A program made the position numbers and the translations under genes. 64,000 bases of DNA. Source: Macrostomum lignano (taxonomy: Eukaryota). Below, piece after piece: positions 30,891 to 43,100 of this stretch. The stretch is from NCBI GenBank assembly GCA_002269645.1, contig NIVC01001483.1, positions 124,001-188,000 of the forward strand, written 5' to 3'. How positions within the stretch are numbered: position 1 is the first letter of the stretch; each line of letters begins with the position of its first letter. The notes beneath the pieces are model-generated. The model worked only from the letters and a program-made list of their open reading frames with translations, searched no databases and was not told the origin of the DNA.

Positions 30891-31680
30891 TGAGGGGTGT
30901 TGCAAAAGTTTCTAGACTAATGCTAATCCTGGTGACAATTCATGTTTGATTTGGCTGAAAATTAATGTCTATGGTATTTAGCCATAGAAAAAAACTTTTC
31001 CTAAAATTTTTTGCAGCTTAGTCAATCACAGTATACATCAGGGCCAAAATAAGTTGCAACCCTTTGAAGCTGTTGACATGATTTTTCACAAACCAAAAGT
31101 GAGCAAAAATGAGTCAACTGAAGAATCCATCAGAGTTCGAGTCTAAGGAAAGCCAGCACCACTTTATCATGGCATGCCAACGACAGGGCAAAATAGCGAC
31201 ATAGACCTTTGATGAGGTGTGTCTTGCTTTTGGTGTTCTATGGCCCAATGAATATGCCAATGCATGGCAAGATCATCACAACGTGCGAGGAGGTCATCAA
31301 AGCAGCCAACAAGTCTCTATGTCGGTTCGATGCTAGCTTCTGGGAGTCTGGCTTTGACAAGCTGATTGAGCGCTACCAAAAATGCATCTCCGTAAATGGC
31401 GAATACATGGAGCAAGGCAGCAATCAATCTGTGGACGCATCTAGCAATAGAAGCAACAGTGACAGTGATTGGTAGCTGTAACTTGGAAATTGTATTTCAT
31501 GACTATAAATAATCTAGTGTACAATCGCTTATTTTATTAACCATCAACTCCAAACTTTCTGAAACTTTATAATATTATAAAATACAAGTTGCCTGTTTGT
31601 CTGTTTAAATTTTTTTCTGAATCAGACTAAAATTATTACCATGAAGAGCATTAGTCCGGAAACTTTTGCAACACCTCTTG
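30891..31680 (+). mobile_element. Internally deleted mariner (Tc1/mariner) element
   Basis: ~34-bp imperfect TIRs (TGAGGGGTGTTGCAAAAGTTTCTAGACTAATGCT / AGCATTAGTCCGGAAACTTTTGCAACACCTCTTG) flanked by TA. Transposase C-terminal remnant FWESGFDKLIERYQKCISVNGEYME. Confidence 0.9.
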
Positions 31681-32907
31681 TAGATATAGATATAGAAATA
31701 TTTTGGTTATTGTAGAACTTTATAAAAAGAAAGTTATTTTATATTAGGTAAAATAAATTTCTTGACTTAATCTAATAATTTGTAAAGTTTTCTATGAAAT
31801 GAAGTATTTGAAATAGATATGAAAATACTAATACTGTAGCACTATGGCTAAAACTTGAATTTGGGTTGCTCTATATTAGTAAATACCAATAGCCTGATAT
31901 AGGCCTACCTTTACACATAAAACTTTCTAAAAACTTAGAAATATTTGTAGGCCTAACTTTATAAACTATGACATAAGAATTGTTTGTTTTACAGATTAAA
32001 ACCAATCAAGTAGGCCCTAGCATTTTCATTAAAACCAAGTCATATAGAGCCCTATAAATAGGGATTTTATAATATGTAATTATAAGTAAAAGTTTGTTCA
32101 TTTATAAATGATCATGACATTGTATATTAATTAGTCCCTTGTATGATTTAAAAATAGTTGGAATTTATATTTATCTTTTTAGCAAGTTTAAAAACTTTAT
32201 TTTATTATATTATTAGGTATTAAAAAATTATAGTAGGACTCAATTGTAATTTAGGTTAAATTTATGTAATGCAAATAGAAGTTATATACTTCAAATCAGT
32301 AAGTTAGAACTAATAATAATTCATGCTAAATTTATAAATTTCTTTATACTTCTAGGTTTTCATATTATATAGCCACATTTATTGATAAGAATTTTGGCAA
32401 TTGTCAAGTTAAAGGTTGGGGTTCTGTTTCTGCACCCATTTAAACTATTTTTGCCCTTTAGCAAGACATTTAACTTTGAATTGCTTAAGTTCACCTAGCT
32501 ATAAAATAGATACTAGCATTAGCTGGGATAATTGAGTTTGCACAATAGTAGTGGCTGAGCTATTGGTTGCATATCTTGCCTATTATGGTAGGCATAGTCA
32601 GTTATTATTATTAAAATTATTAATATTATTATATTATGTTCTCATTGGTTTTGATTAAGCAATGATTTTGAAGGCCTTGATGCCTGATTTCATCATATTT
32701 TGTCTATAGTATAATTTATAGTAGATACCATAATAGATACCATAGACATTTATAGTATTATACCAGTTTTAATATACATAGTAGATCATGCCAATGTCCA
32801 CAGTGAATACCTATGGTCATATTGATCAAGACCATAATGTGTGCAATATTTATCAATTATTATCCTTAATCATGCTAATAAAATTTATCAATTGTTTTAA
32901 CAACTCA

Positions 32908-35900
32908 ATGCATGCTTGCATGACAACAAATCAAGTTGCAAGCACCAATGGCGCTGCCTCATCACCAGCAGCAGCCGCGGCAGCTGCCAGCCTCCGCTGG
33001 AATCCAAACAATTTAAAGCTTGGCAGAGAAGTCGGCGAAGGCACATTTAGCACAGTGTACATGGCTCAGATAGTTGAGAATGGGTCTGTTGTGCACAATG
33101 AAGTAGCCGTGAAAGTCTGCGATCAGAGTCAGATCATGCGCAAGAAAGCTGTGGATGTCATCATGACAGAGAAGGAGGCCCTCACCAGAGTTGATCACAA
33201 GCTATTTGTTAGATTAATTTGCACTATGAAAGACAAGGAGCGCTTGTACTTTGTGCTCACCTATTGTCCTCGGGGCGAGCTGTTGTCATGGATACGGAAG
33301 CTGGGCAACTTCAGCATTGAATGCGCCAGGTTCTACTGTGGCGAGCTGCTGGAGGCCTGCGAGTACCTCAATAGCATCGGCATTGTGCACCGGGATGTCA
33401 AGCCCGAGAACTGCTACCTGATGCAGGACTTCCAATTGAAGCTGGGCGATTTTGGTAGCGCCTTCATCACTGGCTTTCCCAAGTGCCCGTCTTATACTGG
33501 TGAGTGCTGATCCTTCAGGTGACCTCACTGATCCTTCAGGTGAACTGTCTGATCCTTCAGATGACCTCTGATCCTTCAGGTGACCTCTGATCCTTCAGAT
33601 GACCTCTGATCCTTCAGGTGACCTCTGATCTTTCAGGTGAACTGTCTGATCCTTCAGGTGACCTCTGATCCTTCAGGTGACCTCTGATCCTTCAGGTAAA
33701 CTGTCTGGTCCTTTAGGTGACCTCTCTGATCCTTCAGGTGGCTTCTGATCCTTCAGGTGAACTGTCTGATCCTTTAGGTGTCGCGTAAGATCCCCAAGTT
33801 AAAATCCCATAGCGTAAGATCTCCAAGTTAAAATCCCATAGCGTAAGATCCCCAAGTAAAAATCCTATAGCGTAAGATCCTCAAGTTAAAATCCCATAGC
33901 GTAAGATCCTCAAGTTAAAATCCCATAGCGTAAGATCCTCAAGTTAAAATCCCATAGCGCAAAAATCCCCAAGTTAAAATCCCACATCTAAAGATACGTA
34001 AATTCAAATCCCAATATTAATTTCTTTTCCCCAATTGCTGCCACCCCACCCCCAGGCACTCCGCACTACGCCGCCCCGGAGATGCTGCTGCAAACTGCCA
34101 AAGGCGATCACACTGTGCTGTACACAATGGACCTGTGGGCAATTGGCTGCTGTCTGTTCCAATTCCTGTCCGGTCGGCCTCCGTTTCGCGGCCGAGACGA
34201 CTACAGCGTGATGCAACAAGCCGTGGCCGTGTCCTACACATTTCCCGACCAGTTTGACCCGGTTGCTAAGGACCTGGTTACTAACCTGTTAGTTAAAGAG
34301 GCTGCCGATCGTTTAGGCTCGCCAAGTCGCGGCGGTTTCGACGCGGTGAAGTCGCACGAATTCTTTACCGGCCTGCCGTTCGGTCAGCTGGTCGATATGA
34401 AACCGCCGGAGCTGGCGCCTAATCTGCCGCCTGTGATGGAGCCAGACCAGGAGGTTGACTGGGCCAATGTGCCTCTGGGTTATAGTCAGGGAGTGCGGCA
34501 GCTGCTCAATGCCGAGCTGATGGCCACAGGGGAGCAGCAGAAGCGACTGTCGGCTGGTAGCGGCGGTGCGCCGATCGACGCTCAGAACAAGGCTAGCGAG
34601 ACTGAGCGGCTGCGCCGGGAACAGGAGATGCAGAATCCGTTTCATCGGTTCTGCAGGCAGCAGGTGGGCTTTGGGATGTGGGATGGAGCATGGAGGTGGG
34701 GTGTGGGATAGATGTGGGTATTTGGGTGTGGGATGGATGTGGGTTTTTAGGTGTGGGATGGAGGTAGGTTTTGTGTGTGGGATAGATGTGGGTTTTGGGT
34801 GTGAGATAGATGTGGGTTTTTTGTGTGGGATAGATGTGGGTTTTGTGTGTGGGATAGATGTGGGTTTTGGGTGCGGGATTGAGGTGGGTTTTGGGTGTGG
34901 GATAGATGTGGGTTTTGTGTGTGGGATAGATGTGGGTTTTGGGTGCGGGATTGAGGTGGGTTTTGGATGTGAGATAGATGTGGGTTTTTTGTGTGGGATA
35001 GATGTGGGTTTTGTGTGTGGGATAGATGTGGGTTTTGGGTGCGGGATTGAGGTGGGTTTTGGGTGTGGGATAGATGTGGGGTTGTATGTGTGGGATTGAG
35101 GTGGGTTTTGGGTGTGGGATAGATGTGGGGTTGTATGTGTGGGATTGAGGTGGGTTTTGGGTGTGGGATAGATGTGGGGTTGTATGTGTGGGATTGAGGT
35201 GGGTTTTTTGGTGTGGGATAGATGTGGGGTTGTATGTGTGGGATTGAGGTGTGTTTTTTGGTGTGGGATAGATGTGGGGTTGTATGTGTGGGATTGAGGT
35301 GGGTTTTGGGTGTGGGATTCGGGTGGGCTTTGGGTGTGGGATTCGGGTGGGCTTTGGGTGTGGGATTCAGGTGGGCTTTGGGTGTGGGATTCAGGTGGGC
35401 TTTGGGTGTGGGATTCAGGTGGGCTTTGGGTGTGGGATTCGGGTGGGCTTTGGGTGTGGGATTCGGGTGGGCTTTGGGTGTGGGATAGATGTGGGATTGA
35501 GGTGGGCTTTGGGTGTGGGATAGATGTGGGGTTGTATGTGTGGGATTGAGGTGGGCTTTGGGTGTGGGATAGATGTGGGGTTGTATGTGTGGGATAGATG
35601 TGGGTATTTGGATGTGGGATGGAGGTGGGTTTTGGGTGTGGGATAGATGTGGGGTTTTGTGTGTGGGATAGATGATAGACGCCAACACGCCCCCCCACCC
35701 CTATCGCAGCTGATCATCCGCCAGGGCTATCTGTACAAGCGGCGCGGCCTGTTCGCCCGCAAGCGCATGTTCCTGCTCACCTTCGGGCCGCACCTGTTCT
35801 ATGTGGACGCCGAGAAAATGGAGCTGAAAGGCGAAGTGCCCTGGTCGGGGCCCCGGTTCATGCAGTTCGAACGGCGCACGGGCAAGCTGTTCTACATCCA

Positions 35901-36006
35901 CGTGGTGAACAGGACCTACTGCCTGGAGGATCCTGCTGAACAGTCGGACGCCTGGATCGAGGAACTGCAGCGGGTTCAGCGAATGTACTTTAAGGACGAT
36001 CCGTAA
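32908..36006 (+). CDS. PDPK1: 3-phosphoinositide-dependent protein kinase 1 (kinase + C-terminal PH domain)
   Basis: Exons about 32908-33499, 34056-34663, 35710-36006, all junctions in frame. GEGTFSTV, ERLYFVLTYCPRGELL, HRDVKPEN, DFG, GT-APE; PDK1 PH motif NPFHRF...LIIRQGYLYKRRGLFARKRMFLLTFGPHLFYVD...KGEVPW. Start codon uncertain. Confidence 0.93.
33510..33990. repeat. Two adjacent intronic arrays: ~19-21 bp (TGATCCTTCAGGTGACCTC) then 29 bp (GCGTAAGATCCTCAAGTTAAAATCCCATA)
   Basis: PDK1 intron 1. Confidence 0.92.
34670..35675. repeat. GT-rich minisatellite (GTGGGATAGATGTGGGTTTT-type)
   Basis: Fills PDK1 intron 2. Confidence 0.93.
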
Positions 36007-36169
36007 AAGATTGGCTATTTAGCCATCCTAGCACTGCAAACCTCAACTCATGTGCCTTTGCTGGGGCATTCAGTTATCGAATCCAGTGGGAATTTTTGGT
36101 GTCCTCAAGTCCCATGTGGATCTGTATTGCCCATGTGAATCAAATTGATGTACAATCCCTGGTCCTTGG

Positions 36170-36950
36170 AAGCTTTGATGTCCTTAAATCCTCTTGGGTG
36201 TCCTCAAATCCCATTGGGTGTCCTTAAATCCCCTTGGATGTCCTCAAATCCCCTTGGATGTCCTCAAATCCTCTTGAGTGTCCTAAGCCTCTTGGATGTC
36301 CTCAAATCCTCTTGGATGCCTTCAAATCCCCTTAAAATTCCCTTGGATGTCCTCAAATCCTCTCGGGTGTTCTCAAATCCCCTTTGGGGTTCCCCAAAGC
36401 CTCTTGGATGTCCTCAAATCCCTTTGGATGTCCTCAAATTTCCTTGGGTATCTTTATATCCTCTCGGGTGTCCTTAAATCTTGGATGTCCTCAAAGCCTC
36501 CTGGGTGTCCTAAGCCTCTTGGATATCCTCAAAGTCTCTTGGATGTCCTCAAAGTCTCTTGGATGTCCTCAAATCCTCTTGGGTGTCCTAAGCCTCTTGG
36601 GTGTCCTCAAAGCCTCTTGGGTGTCCTCAAAGCCTCTTGGGTGTCCTCAAAGCCTCTTGGATGTCCTCAAAGCCTCTTGGGTGTCCTCAAAGCTTCTTGG
36701 ATGTCCTCAAAGCCTCTTGGATGTCCTCAAAGCCTCTTGGGTGTCCTAAGCCTCTTGGGTGTCCTCAAAGCCTCTTGGGTGTCCTCAAAGCCTCTTGGGT
36801 GTCCTCAAAGCCTCTTGGGTGTCCTCAAAGCCTCTTGGATGTCCTCAAAGCCTCTTGGGTGTCCTCAAAGCTTCTTGGATGTCCTCAAAGCCTCTTGGGT
36901 GTCCTCAAAGCCTCTTGGATGTCCTCAAATACCTTCGGGTGTTCTCGAAT
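36170..36950. repeat. 20-bp minisatellite (CCTCAAAGCCTCTTGGGTGT)
   Basis: Tandem array downstream of the PDK1 stop codon. Confidence 0.92.
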
Positions 36951-37854
36951 CCTGTTGGATGTGAGATCCCATGCAATCTTTGATTGGATCTTTCATTTTC
37001 TCAAATCCCAGAGCCTTGAATAATGTCAGTCACTCAGTCAGTCTCAGCTTGTAATTAGCTCTTGCTGATTAATAATCCGATATATTGCTCATCATACAAA
37101 AGTGATTCCCAACCAAATTTTTCTAAAAGCGGTGGCGGCACACGGTCTTTCAAAAGCTTTTGGAATGAATCGAAATTTTGTTAAAATCAACTAGCTTTAC
37201 GGATTTCATTGAGAGCCATCATCACTGTTATATTAGAAATTTCAATTGAATATGATTTTATAATCGCGTTCTTTTACTGCCTACTCACCACTAGTTTGGT
37301 TAGTAGCATAGTCTGTTTTTAGTTACACTTTAGAATTTGATTTGCTGTTAGTTGACAACCCTAAACTCCCGTGTTGAACTGTCAAATGAAATTTATATTA
37401 ATTTAAAATTTGCACTACACATATAGCATAAAACATGATATGGACACATTTCCTTTTTAGCTCTTAACCTTTGTTCTGTTGTTGCACAGATTTTTTGCCC
37501 TCTTCATAACACAAGGGGGCGCGCAACGCTTGGGTTGCATGATAAATTGTAATTAACTATTCTTTTCTCTAGCCTACAGACCCGTGTTCTGCAGTCAGTG
37601 TATTCTGTGTTTCTTTAATGTAATCGCTAAACTTTTATTTATAACTATTTTTGTCCGTGCACCGTCTGGTGTATGGCTGTTTAATAAAGTCAATCTCCGA
37701 TTGAATGCATGATTCTGTCCCAGTTGCATGAAATGTTATTTCTTGGGAAACTTTAATCCAGGCCTGCTGCGAGTGGCTTCTCAATTGTAATGCGGATCTG
37801 ATTTAAACCGACTCATTTTTTTGGGAAAAGTCCCTGATTTTAATACTCCTACCA

Positions 37855-38650
37855 GATCCCGAGTTGCTGGGCCCTAGCGCAAGCCTCTCAGATCCCCTGT
37901 TGTTGGGCCAGCCTCTCAGATCCCCTGTTGCTGGGCCCTAGCGCCAGCCTCTCAGATCCCCTGTTGCTGGGCCCTAGCGCCAGCCTCTCAGATCCCCTGT
38001 TGCTGGGCCCTAGCGCCAGCCTCTCAGATCCCCTGTTGCTGGGCCCTAGCGCCAGCCTCTCAGATCCCCTGTTGCTGGGCCCTAGCGCCAGCCTCTCAGA
38101 TCCCCTGTTGCTGGGCCCTAGCGCCAGCCTCTCAGATCCCCTGTTGCTGGGCCCTAGCGCCAGCCTCTCAGATCCCCTGTTGCTGGGCCCTAGCGCCAGC
38201 CTCTCAGATCCCCTGTTGCTGGGCCCTAGCGCCAGCCTCTCAGATCCCCTGTTGCTGGGCCCTAGCGCCAGCCTCTCAGATCCCCTGTTGCTGGGCCAGC
38301 CTCCCAGATCCTCAGTTGCTGGACCAGCCTCCCAGATCCTCAGTTGCTGGACCAGGCTCTCAGATCCTCAGTTTCTGGGCCAGCCTCCTAGATCCTCAGT
38401 TGCTGGGCCAGCCTCTCAGATCCTCAGTTGCTGGGCCACCAGCCTCCCAGATCCTCAGTTGCTGGGCCAGCCTCCCAGATCCTCAGTTGCTGTGCCAGCC
38501 TCCCAGATCCTCAGTTGCTGGGCCAGCCTCCCAGATCCCCAGTTGCTGGGCCAGCCTCCCAGATCCTCAGTTGCTGGGCCAGCCTCCCAGATCCTCAGTT
38601 GCTTGGCCAGCCTCCCACATCCTCAGTTGCAGGACCAGCCTCCCAGATTT
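37855..38650. repeat. 36-bp array grading into a 28-bp array (CCAGCCTCCCAGATCCTCAGTTGCTGGG)
   Basis: The same 28-bp family occurs in the opposite orientation at 42500-43230 and 46935-47395. Confidence 0.95.
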
Positions 38651-39679
38651 TATAAAGCAAGTCTTGAAAACATATCATTGTACACTTTGGACTTCTAAGC
38701 AATTTATCCAAACAAAGATTTTATTATACACAGCAGGTATAGTACAAATTGAAGTGATCTTAATTTAAGCATGTTATGCCCAATGTTATTTTTTAGTCTA
38801 ATGCGAACTTCAGAAGGTTTTTCTATCAGGAAAGTACAGCACATGCTTGTGCACCAGTAAAGATCCTATTGCGTGAAGCGAACACCAATGAAATGCGTTA
38901 TAGAAATCATATATATACTAGCGTTCAGTGAGAATGAAGCCTCTCTCCAGTTTTTCCCGGTTCTCGGCTCTCCGCCTCTTTGCCTCCTCAACTGCTCCGC
39001 TAGCTTGCCCCAACAATCGGGCCTGAACTCTAATATCCCGATTTAACAGAGATAAATCCGGACAAACGTCAATTCGTGCAACAATATCGATAAGTAGCCT
39101 GTGGCTCCATTTTCACTGAATTGCTTAACAAATTTGCGTAATTGCGTGATCAATATCCTATTGGGAATTGCTACTAACATTGATTAGTAATAAACATCTT
39201 GTTGAAGGTTAGAGATCGAGAGAAACAAATCGAACCTCCGACTTATTTGATTCAACAGAAACATCAACGATCATAGTCATCGTCAGAGGGGCACACCCCC
39301 GCAACACATTATTCAAAAACATTTGAAAATCTGTATTATTTAACATTAAAAAACTATATTATTTGTTATTTACACCGGAATATAATTGGAAGAGAAAAAC
39401 TTGCGGCAAAATTGATAGAAATTGACGCGAGCACTCCATGAGGTAACCATAGCTGGTCCAGTTGCCTTCACTTTCAACATGGAGACACTTGCCTACCAAC
39501 AGAAACCAGCATTCAGTTACGTTGGACTCGGGTGGAAAAGTGCATCGGTAACTTGCCAATTAACTAACAGAAATTTTTTATATAATAAACTATTTAGACC
39601 AATCAATAACATCGCTTATAGGGTAACTAGTCGCACTTACTTGCACATTAGTAACCTATTCTATGAACACACTATGAGC

Positions 39680-40190
39680 AAACAATGAGTACACAATAAG
39701 CATACAATAGGCACACTACGAGCACACTATGAGCACACAATTAACACACAATTAGCACACTAAGAGCATACAAAGGATCAAAAGGCTATTGACCATAAAC
39801 AAAATTTGCACAATAACCACACAATGAGTACACAATGAGCACACAATAAGCACATAATGAGCACACAATAAGCACATAATGAGTACACAATGAGCACATT
39901 AAAAGCACACAATAAGCACACAATGAGCACACAATAAGCACATAATGAGCACACAATGAGCATACAATGAGCACATAATGAGCACACTAAAAGCACACAA
40001 TGAGCACATAATGAGCACATTAAAAGCACACAATAAGCACATAATGAGCACACAATGAGCACATAATGAGCACACTAAAAGCACACAATGAGCATACAAA
40101 TGATCAATGGGCTATTGACCATAGACAAAATTCACACAATAAGCACACTACAAGCGCATTATGAGCAAAACTATAATAGTACTTTGAGCA
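39680..40190. repeat. Degenerate ~11-bp array (GAGCACACAAT-type)
   Basis: Tandem units just downstream of the aminopeptidase stop codon. Confidence 0.85.
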
Positions 40191-40198
40191 CACAGTCT

Positions 40199-43100
40199 CT
40201 AAGGTAGCAAGTCCGCCTCAGTCGATTGTCCGTCACTGCAATCGTCCCTGGCCGCGGCCCTGAGTCCGGCCAGGTACTGAGCAATGAGATGGCCATCCTG
40301 GCTGAGCAGCCTGGCCCTCAGCTGCACCGTCTCCAGCGCCTGCTTCACCGCCCTGGCCGCGGATGGAGCTGAATTGGTGGCGAAAAACTGGCGCAAATCT
40401 TCGGCATCCTCGGCTGAGCACAGACCCGAGCACACGCCCAGGACGAGGCGTTGGAGCAGGAAGACGCCCGAGTAGCGGCTCACTAGGACTGGCCAGCGGC
40501 TCTTCACAAACTGCCAAGCCAAGCGCCGAGCTTTCAAACCGCCGCAGGCGCACAAAGAGCAGATCACCGATGGGGTGTCCTGCTGGCGAACTCGGGGGCT
40601 GATTGACAGCTCCAGGACTCGCTTGATCTGCGTTGAAGTAGGTTGGGTGGGGTGTAGATTGGGGTGAGGTGGAGTAGATTGGGGTGAGGTGGAGTAGATT
40701 GGGTGAGGTGGAGTAGATTGGGGTGGGGTGGTGTAGATTGGGGTGAGGTGGAGTAGATTGGGGTGAGGTGGAGTAGATTGGGGTGGGGTGGAGTAGATTG
40801 GGGTGAGGTGGAGTAGATTGGGGTGAGGTGGAGTAGATTGGGGTGAGGTGGAGTAGATTGGGGTGGGGTGGAGTAGATTGGGGTGAGGTGGAGTAGATTT
40901 GGGTGAGGTGGAGTAGATTGGGGTGAGGTGGAGTAGATTACAGTAGAGTGGAGTAGATTCGAGTAGAGTGGAGTAGATTAGGGTTGGGTGGAGTAGATTA
41001 GGGTTGGGTGGAGTAGATTGGGGTTGGGTAAAGTAGATTGGGGTAGGGTGGTTCGCCGTGCCCACTCACCTGATCAGTATCCTCAGTATTCCCCAGCGCT
41101 CTCAGTATCCTCAGCTCTTCCTCAGACGAGATGAACCCGTTGCCTCTGGCTGGCGAGTCAAGCAGTGCCAGTAGGCGGTCGAACGCAGCCGCACCGCCGT
41201 GCCGAGCAGCGGTAGCGTACACCCCAGCCCGGATGTCCGGCTCCAATCGGCACTGGCCGCTGGCATGCCGGTCGAATCGAGCCAGCGCCTCAGCCACCAC
41301 CTCCGCGTGACCCGCCTGACCCAAGTAGGTCAGCAGCAGGCCTCTCAGCAGGCCGGCGTCGTGACTCTCGCCCGGCTTGAAGTCCCAGCCGAGTCGTTGG
41401 AAAGCTGGCCAGCACAGGTAGCTGAGAAAGGCGTGCCAGGCGGCGGTGAGGCCCAGCTGCTCAGCCAGCACCTGCACGCTGCTCAGGTTGGCCAGGAGGT
41501 CACTCCATACGGTAAAGTACTGCTCAGATCGGTAGGCCTTGACGATCTCCAGGACTCGGATGGTTACTAGCTGGGGATTTGGGATTTGCCAGATTTGATT
41601 GATGCATGGGATTTTTATCCCCAAATCAGTAGCTTAAAGATAGAGATACGTATCACCAAATCAGTAGCTTAATTATTGGGATATTTATCCCCAAATCAGT
41701 AGCTTAATTATTGGGATATTTATCCCCTAATCAGTAGCTTAATTATAGGGATATTTATCCCCAAATCATTAGCTTAATTATTGGGATATTTATCCCCCAA
41801 TCAGTGTAGCCTAATTAATGGGATATTTATCCCCAAATCAGTAGCTTAATTATTGGGATATTTATCCCCCAATCAGTGTAGCCTAATTAATGGGACATAT
41901 ATCCCCAAATTAGTAGCTTAATTAATGAGATTTTTACCCCCCAAATTAGTAGCTTAACAAATGGGAATTTTATATATCAAGTCAATAGCTTAATAAATGG
42001 GATTTTCCCCCAAATCAGTAATCGGTAGATACATAATACGGCAATAGTAAAAATCTTAATATCACCTTCCCATAGGCGACCAACGCAAACAGGTCACTCT
42101 GCAAATTAAACCGGTCCCTACGGCCCAGTTTGCCACGCTTCAGTGCCGACACCAGAGCGTCCAGCATCTGGTCTGAGTAGTCCACTCGGAACACGCCCAC
42201 GCACTGCCAGTTTAGCTTGAGCCAGTGGCCATCAGTCAGCTGACTCAGGCTGGGTGGCAAGGGGTAGGCCAGCTCGGCTGATTCCAGCAGCAGGCGGCGA
42301 GGCTCCGGTTCGTTGGACAGCTGCACCAGCAGGGGCACCCGCCAGAGATCTGAGCAGCTGCGATGTTGACTCACAAACTTGTTGCCGTCTGGGACAGGAT
42401 TCTGGGAGATCCTCGCCATCTTGGCCTGCCGCTCTCCGCTGACTGCGGTCTGGAAGTGAGGAGATTGACGCGCTGCTGGATGGGATCTGGAAGTGCAGCC
42501 CAGCCACTGAGGATCTGGGAGGCTGGCCCAGCAACTGAGGATCTGGGAGGCTAGCCCAGCAACTGAGGATCTGGGAGGCTGGCCCAGCAACTGAGGATCT
42601 GGGAGGCTAGCCCAGCAACTGAGGATCTGGGAGGCTGGCCCAGCAACTGAGGATCTGGGAGGCTGGCCCAGCAACTGAAGATCTGGGAGGCTGGCCCAGC
42701 AACTGAGGATCTGGGAGGCTGGTGGCCCAGCAACTGAGAAACTGGGAGGCTGGCCCAGCAACTGAGGATCTGGGAGGCTGGTGGCCCAGCAACTGAGGAT
42801 CTGGGAGGCTGGCCCAGCAACTGAGGATCTGGGAGGCCGGCCCAGCAACTGAGGATTTGGAAGGCGGGCCCAGCAACTGAGGATCTGGGAGGCTGGTGGC
42901 CCAGCAACTGAGAATCTGGGAGGCTGGCCCAGCAACTGAGGATCTGGGAGGCTGGCCCAGGAACTGAGGATTTGGAAGGCGGGCCCAGCAACTGAGGATC
43001 TGGGAGGCTGGTGGCCCAGCAACTGAGAATCTGGGAGGCTGGCCCAGCAACTGAGGATCTGGGAAGCTGACCCAGCCACTGAGGATCTGGGAGGCTGGTG

